A DNA stretch of 11,415 nucleotides, taken from the NCBI GenBank assembly GCA_031367385.1, contig JANLPS010000389.1, positions 1 through 11,415 on the forward strand, given 5' to 3'. The stretch comes from Archangium sp. GTDB taxonomy: Bacteria; Myxococcota; Myxococcia; Myxococcales; Myxococcaceae. The translations under genes and the position numbers were made by a program. Below are positions 6,824-11,415 of this stretch, piece after piece (the stretch's first letter is position 1; every line of letters starts with the position of its first letter). Below the pieces are notes generated by a model. The model searched no databases. It saw only the letters and a list, made by a program, of their open reading frames with translations, and was not told the origin of the DNA.

Positions 6824-8660
6824 CGCCATCAGTGGGCTCTTCGTGATGCTCGCGGCTGCGTCAGCGGCGGCGTTGACCAACCAAGAGCCCGAGTTTCACA
6901 TGACCTCCGATCGCACCAAGGTCGGCACCGAAGACACGTTTCACGTCGACATCTTGGTCGGCAACGCTCCCGACGGCGCCTCGATCGCGCTGCCCGCGGG
7001 CAACGACTTCGAGGTGTTGAGCCGCAGCGAATCGACCCAGATGAGCTACTCGGTCGGCAACGGCGGCGCCGGAGTGATCAAGCAGCTGCGTCGCTACACC
7101 CTCACCTTGCGTGCCAATCGCCCCGGGGCGCTCACGATTCCTCCCGCGGTGCTCAAGACGAAAGACAAGTCGTACAAGACCGAGCAGCTGACGATTGAAG
7201 TGGTCTCGGGGCGCACCCGTGAAGACCGGCCGCGGCCGCGAAACCCGCTCGGGTTTCCTCCCGGGTTTGGGCACCTGAATGACCCCTTCGAAGACGACGA
7301 CGTGGTGCCTGACGAGGGCGTGGCGGTGCCGCATGGCGACTCCGATTTGTTCTTGCGGGCCGCGGTCGACAAGAGCGAGGTCTTCGTCGGCGAGCAGGTG
7401 ATGCTCTCATTGACGATTTATTCGCGCGTCGATCTCGCGTCGGTCGACACGGTGACGATGCCGAAGTTCGAAGGCTTCTGGACGCAGGACATTCAGTCGC
7501 CGGCGCAGCTCTCGCCCGAGCAGAAGGTGATCGAAGGAGTGCCCTACCGGGCCTACGTGCTGCGGCAAAAAGCGATGTTCCCCATGAAGGCGGGGGAGTC
7601 GCAGATCGAGGCCGCTGAGGCCGACATCAATACCGGTTTCTTGTTCGCGGGCCGCCGCGTGCACCGCAAGAGCAACCCGCTCAAGCTCAAGGTCAAGCCG
7701 TTGCCAGGTACCGGAGCGGTGCAAAATGTCGGGCACTGGCGGCTCTCTGTCGAGGCGACCCAGACCGAGGTGATGTTGGGCGACCCGATTCAGCTCAAGG
7801 TGACGCTCGAAGGCCGTGGCAACTTGCAGAACGTGCAAGTGCCTGCCCTGCAAGTGCCGGCGGGCCTCAAGAAGTTCGACCCGCAAACGACCGACAAGCC
7901 CACCGTGGCGCGCAACGGCCAGGTGGGAGGCACCCGCACGGTTGAATACGTGATGGTGCCGCAGCAGACGGGCACCTTCGTCATCCCCGGGTTGGTGCTG
8001 CAGTACTTCGACCCCGAGTCGAAACACTTCGAAGAGTCGACGACGCAAAACATCACCGTGACCGTTCGCCCCGGCGCGGGTGGTGCGACGAGCATGCCGT
8101 CGAATGGCCAACCCTCGAGCGCGACAGCTGACGGGCCGATCAAGAATCAACTCGTGGCGGGTGGCCTCCGGCAATTGCGAGCGACGGCGCGCTTCGAGCC
8201 ACAAGGCCCTGCGCTGTGGTCGCGCGGGTTCTTCCTGCCGCTGGCGGTGGCCCCCTTGGCGTTGTCGATGATGTTGCTGGGCTTTGGCCTGGTACGCGGC
8301 GCGGTCTCGAAGACGAGCCCCGAGGCGATGAAGCGTGCGCAGGCCAAGGCGGCGCGAAAGCGGTTGGCGGCGGCCGAGAAGCTGCTGGGCTCGGCGTCGA
8401 CTCCGGCGTTTTACGAGGAGGTCGAGCGGGCCCTGCGCAGCTTTCTCGAGGCCAAGCTCAACGTGCCGGTGACGGGGCTGACCCGTGAGGCGCTCGACGC
8501 GGTGATGGCGACCGCCACGGTGCCCGCGTCGGAGCGTGCCCGGGTATTGGCGGTGTTCGAGAGGTGCGATTTGGGCCGGTACGCGCCGGGCATGGGCGAA
8601 GCCTCGGCGCGCAACCGAACGCTCGATGATGCCGCGGCGGCGATGGAGGCCTGGCCGTGA
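6807..8660 (+). CDS. batD: BatD family protein
   Basis: Signal peptide; three repeated beta-rich domains (e.g. VDKSEVFVGEQV, LGDPIQLKVTLEGRGNL, GTFVIP...YFDP); TM near the C-terminus; position between batC and batE. Confidence 0.9.
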   Translation: MARTGSAISGLFVMLAAASAAALTNQEPEFHMTSDRTKVGTEDTFHVDILVGNAPDGASIALPAGNDFEVLSRSESTQMSYSVGNGGAGVIKQLRRYTLTLRANRPGALTIPPAVLKTKDKSYKTEQLTIEVVSGRTREDRPRPRNPLGFPPGFGHLNDPFEDDDVVPDEGVAVPHGDSDLFLRAAVDKSEVFVGEQVMLSLTIYSRVDLASVDTVTMPKFEGFWTQDIQSPAQLSPEQKVIEGVPYRAYVLRQKAMFPMKAGESQIEAAEADINTGFLFAGRRVHRKSNPLKLKVKPLPGTGAVQNVGHWRLSVEATQTEVMLGDPIQLKVTLEGRGNLQNVQVPALQVPAGLKKFDPQTTDKPTVARNGQVGGTRTVEYVMVPQQTGTFVIPGLVLQYFDPESKHFEESTTQNITVTVRPGAGGATSMPSNGQPSSATADGPIKNQLVAGGLRQLRATARFEPQGPALWSRGFFLPLAVAPLALSMMLLGFGLVRGAVSKTSPEAMKRAQAKAARKRLAAAEKLLGSASTPAFYEEVERALRSFLEAKLNVPVTGLTREALDAVMATATVPASERARVLAVFERCDLGRYAPGMGEASARNRTLDDAAAAMEAWP

Positions 8661-9403
8661 TTGCCCTGCTGCTCGCGGTGCTGCTGGCCCAAGATGCTCC
8701 GGCGCCTCGCTATACCGAGGCCGAGGCGCAGTCGTTGTTCAATGAAGCGAGCGAAGCCTACTCGCGGAAAGACTTCGCCACCGCCCAGGCCAAGTACGAG
8801 CAACTGATCAAGGCGGGCATGGGTGGCCCCGCAGTGCTCTTCAACCTGGGCACCACGCACCTCGGCGCCAATCAGCTCGGGCCGGCGGTGCTGTACCTCG
8901 AGCGCGCCTACGCGCAGTCGCACGACGAAGACATCGCAGCAAACCTCGCGGTGGCCCGTCAGAAACAAGGAGACCAGGTGGTCGGTGCCGACACCGCCGA
9001 GCCCTTTTTGCAGCGCCTGGCCGGAGCGATGAATGTTCAGGTCGTCGCGCTCGCCTTTCTGCTGACCTGGTACCTGGGGTTCTTGCTGGCGTTCTTGGCC
9101 TGGCGTCGCCCCGCTTCACGCTGGTGGTTCGCGATCGCGGCGTCGATCTTCTTGCTGGTCGGCAGCTTGCTTGGCGCGGCGGTGGGCGTTCACGCCTACG
9201 TCGCTCGCACGGTCATCGAAGCGGTCGTCATCCCCGAGACGGTGAAGGTTCGCGAGTTTCCCGGGGAGCGCGCGCGGGTGGCATTCGAGGTACACGCAGG
9301 TCTGAAGATTCGCGTCATGGAAGAGACGGGGCGCTATGTGCGCATACGACTCCCCAACGCCCTCGAAGGGTGGACGGAAAAAGAAGGGCTGGTCGAGCTG
9401 TGA
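8657..9403 (+). CDS. batE: BatE: TPR + 2 TM + SH3-like domain protein
   Basis: GTGA overlap with the batD stop; TPR (LFNLG, AVLYLERA, DIAANL); two TM helices; C-terminal FEVHAGLKIRV...IRLPNALEGW resembling a bacterial SH3 domain. Confidence 0.88.
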   Translation: MIALLLAVLLAQDAPAPRYTEAEAQSLFNEASEAYSRKDFATAQAKYEQLIKAGMGGPAVLFNLGTTHLGANQLGPAVLYLERAYAQSHDEDIAANLAVARQKQGDQVVGADTAEPFLQRLAGAMNVQVVALAFLLTWYLGFLLAFLAWRRPASRWWFAIAASIFLLVGSLLGAAVGVHAYVARTVIEAVVIPETVKVREFPGERARVAFEVHAGLKIRVMEETGRYVRIRLPNALEGWTEKEGLVEL

Positions 9404-10092
9404 TTGAAGTGAAGAACGTCGTGAAGGTGTACCGCCGCGGAGCGAATGAGGTGACCGCGCTCGCGGGCGTCACGCTCAGCGTGCCCAAGGGCCAGTTCTT
9501 GTCGGTGATGGGCAGCTCGGGCAGCGGCAAGAGCACCCTGCTCAACCTGCTCGGCGCGCTCGATGTGCCGACCAGCGGCAGCATCACCATCGACGGCAAA
9601 GAAATTTCCCGGCTGCCCGACAACGACCTGTCGAAGTTTCGACGCGACCGGTTGGGGTTCATCTTTCAATTCTTCAATCTGTTGCCGACCCTGACCGCGA
9701 TGGAGAACGTGGTGATGCCCGCCTTGCTCGCCGGCAAGTCGCGCGACGAGATGGAGCCCAAAGCGAAGCTGCTGCTCGAGCAAGTCGGCCTCAAAGGCCG
9801 GTGGGGGCATCGGCCTGACGAGCTGTCGGGTGGCGAGATGCAGCGAGTGGCCGTGGCGCGCGCGATTCTGGGAGAGCCGGCGCTGCTGCTGGCCGACGAG
9901 CCGACGGGCAACCTCGACTCGAAGACCGGCGCCGAGGTGCTGCGGTTGATTCGCGAAGCCACCCGGGAGCGTCAGTTGACGGTGGTGATGGTGACCCACG
10001 ACCCGAAGGCCGCCGAGGTGGGTGATCGTCTGATGCGGCTGGCCGACGGCAAAGTCATCGGTGACGACCTCACCCGTGGCGCGGCCGCGTAA
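9400..10092 (+). CDS. ABC transporter ATP-binding protein, LolD/MacB-like family
   Basis: Start moved to GTG 9400 (GTGA overlap with the batE stop), 230 aa. Walker A GSSGSGKS, Q-loop FIFQFFNL, signature LSGGEMQR, Walker B LLADEPTGNLD, H-loop VTHD. Confidence 0.95.
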   Translation: MIEVKNVVKVYRRGANEVTALAGVTLSVPKGQFLSVMGSSGSGKSTLLNLLGALDVPTSGSITIDGKEISRLPDNDLSKFRRDRLGFIFQFFNLLPTLTAMENVVMPALLAGKSRDEMEPKAKLLLEQVGLKGRWGHRPDELSGGEMQRVAVARAILGEPALLLADEPTGNLDSKTGAEVLRLIREATRERQLTVVMVTHDPKAAEVGDRLMRLADGKVIGDDLTRGAAA

Positions 10093-10105
10093 ATTCACCT
10101 CGTCG

Positions 10106-10338
10106 TCAACGGAGGGCGACGAGCGCTTCACCGAGCATCTTCACTTCGCCGTACTGATTGGCCGTTTGAGCATGCCGTGGGCGAAGACGTCGTTCATGCC
10201 GGCCTCGCGCGCGAAGTCGAGGTCGATGTGAATGGGGTTGTGATCGCCCGAGGCTCCGGCGAAGAGCGCCAAGGTGGTGCGGTTGATCGCAGGCAGTGTC
10301 AGGGGCGGCAGCGTTTGACCCGCTTCGATGGTTGGCAT
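10106..10338 (-). pseudogene. MaoC-family (R)-hydratase/dehydratase with internal deletion and frameshift
   Basis: N-part from ATG 10338 (or GTG 10353) has the catalytic motif ASGDHNPIH and FAHGML, then leaves frame. The family-like C-terminus QTANQYGEVKMLGEALVALR* follows at once in another frame (10168-10106). Confidence 0.85.
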
Positions 10339-10349
10339 GGCGGCCTCGT

Positions 10350-10730
10350 TCACGAGTTGCGCTGCACGATGGTCGACTTGAGCTCGGCGACGGGAGCGCC
10401 GCTGGCGTCGGTCACGGTGGTCTGGCGAACGACGAACTCGAGCGCGCCGTTCTTCTTGTCGTAGATGTCGGTGATCTTCGAAGCGAAGGTGAGCGTGTCT
10501 CCAGCGACGGGCACCTGGTGGTACACGAACGACTGCTCGCCATGCAAAATTTTCTTCAGGTCGAGGCCGACGTCTGAGAACCAGCCGAATTGATCAGGGC
10601 GATCCAGCTCCAGCGAGAAGAGAAAAGTCGCTGGTACGGGCAGCGACCGATACCCCGCCGCCTTTGCAGCCGTCTCATCGAAGTAGACCGGGTCGGTCTC
10701 GCAGATGGCCTTGGCGAAAAACTGAAGCAT
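10350..10730 (-). CDS. MaoC dehydratase N-terminal-type (HadA-like) subunit, apparently lacking its first ~20 residues
   Basis: FFAKAI.ETDPVY.DE.AAKAAGY..LP.PATF, ILHGEQSF.Y and DKKNGALEFVV motifs. ATG 10730 lies 5 nt past the thiolase stop; the ORF extension to 11000 is a shadow of the thiolase. Confidence 0.8.
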   Translation of the reverse strand: MLQFFAKAICETDPVYFDETAAKAAGYRSLPVPATFLFSLELDRPDQFGWFSDVGLDLKKILHGEQSFVYHQVPVAGDTLTFASKITDIYDKKNGALEFVVRQTTVTDASGAPVAELKSTIVQRNS

Positions 10731-10735
10731 CGCGA

Positions 10736-11415
10736 TCAGGCCTGGGCTGCTTTGTAGAGCGACACGACACACGCTCCGCCGAGGCCCAGGTTGTGCTGGA
10801 GGGCGAACCGGGCACCTTCGACCTGCCGTGGGCCCGCGGTGCCGCGCAGCTGCTGGGTCAGCTCGTAGCACTGCGCCAGGCCCGTCGCGCCGAGCGGGTG
10901 CCCCTTCGAGAGCAACCCACCTGAGGGGTTGGTGACGTACCTGCCGCCGTAGGTGTTGTCGCCGTCGTTGACGAACTTCTCGGCGCCGCCTTCGGGGCAC
11001 AAAGCGAGCGCCTCGTAGCTGATCAGCTCGTTGTGAGCGAAGCAGTCATGCAGCTCGACGACTTGCACGTCTTTCGGCCCGACTCCGGCGATCGCGTACA
11101 CCTTGTCGGCCGCGGCCTTCGCCATGTCGGCGCCGACCAGCTGCCGCATGTCGCGCGCTTCGAAGGTCGAGGCGGTGTCGGTGGTCATCGCCTGCGCCGC
11201 GAGCTCGACCTTGCGATTGAGGTTGTGTTTCTTCGCGTAGGCCTCTGAGACGAGCACGGCCGCGGCGCCGCCACAGGTGGGGGGGCACGCCATCAAGCGG
11301 GTCATCACGCCCTCCCAGATGACGGGGGAGTCGAGCACCTGCTCGGGCGTCACCTCGGTGCGAAAGAGCGCCATCGGGTTCTTGGCGGCGTGGTGGCTGG
11401 CCTTGGCGCGAATCT
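10736..11415 (-). CDS. SCP2-type thiolase ('lipid-transfer protein'), 5' end outside the window
   Basis: Frame stays open past ATG 11374 to the edge (IRAKASHHAAKNPMALFR). Motifs ACPPTCG, VELHDCF, NPSGGLLSKGHPLGATG and QHNLG are characteristic of SCP2-thiolases. Confidence 0.93.
   Translation of the reverse strand, partial: IRAKASHHAAKNPMALFRTEVTPEQVLDSPVIWEGVMTRLMACPPTCGGAAAVLVSEAYAKKHNLNRKVELAAQAMTTDTASTFEARDMRQLVGADMAKAAADKVYAIAGVGPKDVQVVELHDCFAHNELISYEALALCPEGGAEKFVNDGDNTYGGRYVTNPSGGLLSKGHPLGATGLAQCYELTQQLRGTAGPRQVEGARFALQHNLGLGGACVVSLYKAAQA

Noticed and set aside
9124..9399. N-terminal extension of the ABC ATPase
   Set aside because: Arg-rich out-of-frame overlap with batE; the ABC domain begins at GTG 9400.
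10093..10105. Intrinsic terminator between convergent genes
   Set aside because: Only 13 nt, with no convincing stem-loop plus U-tract.
10141..10353. Intact 70-aa small protein
   Set aside because: It is the N-terminal fragment of the deleted MaoC gene with an out-of-frame tail.
10731..11000. Long N-terminus of MaoC-N, or a programmed thiolase-MaoC frameshift fusion
   Set aside because: The extension is an alternate-frame read of the thiolase, which has a normal C-terminus and stop; no slippery site was noticed.

Overview
GC-rich bacterial window; protein style suggests a myxobacterium (inference). The left minus-strand cluster holds a ribbon-helix-helix-like protein, a Pro-rich putative outer-membrane beta-barrel protein, a DUF4105/Lnb-like membrane protein and a partial coupled ORF. 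Divergent from it runs a tightly coupled Bat-type operon: a membrane-anchored accessory gene, batA, batB, batC, batD, batE, then a LolD/MacB-type ABC ATPase. The usual moxR and DUF58 head genes and any ABC permease are missing from the window. Between batA and batB lies a 170-bp insert bounded by a duplicated ATGA. It contains three 18-bp tandem repeats and an inverted REP-like doublet, and it reads as a 57-aa mini-ORF overlapping both neighbours by ATGA. The right end is a convergent SCP2-type thiolase / MaoC-N / MaoC cluster. The MaoC gene carries an internal frameshifting deletion and its partner appears N-terminally shortened. No rRNA, tRNA, CRISPR array or transposase was seen.
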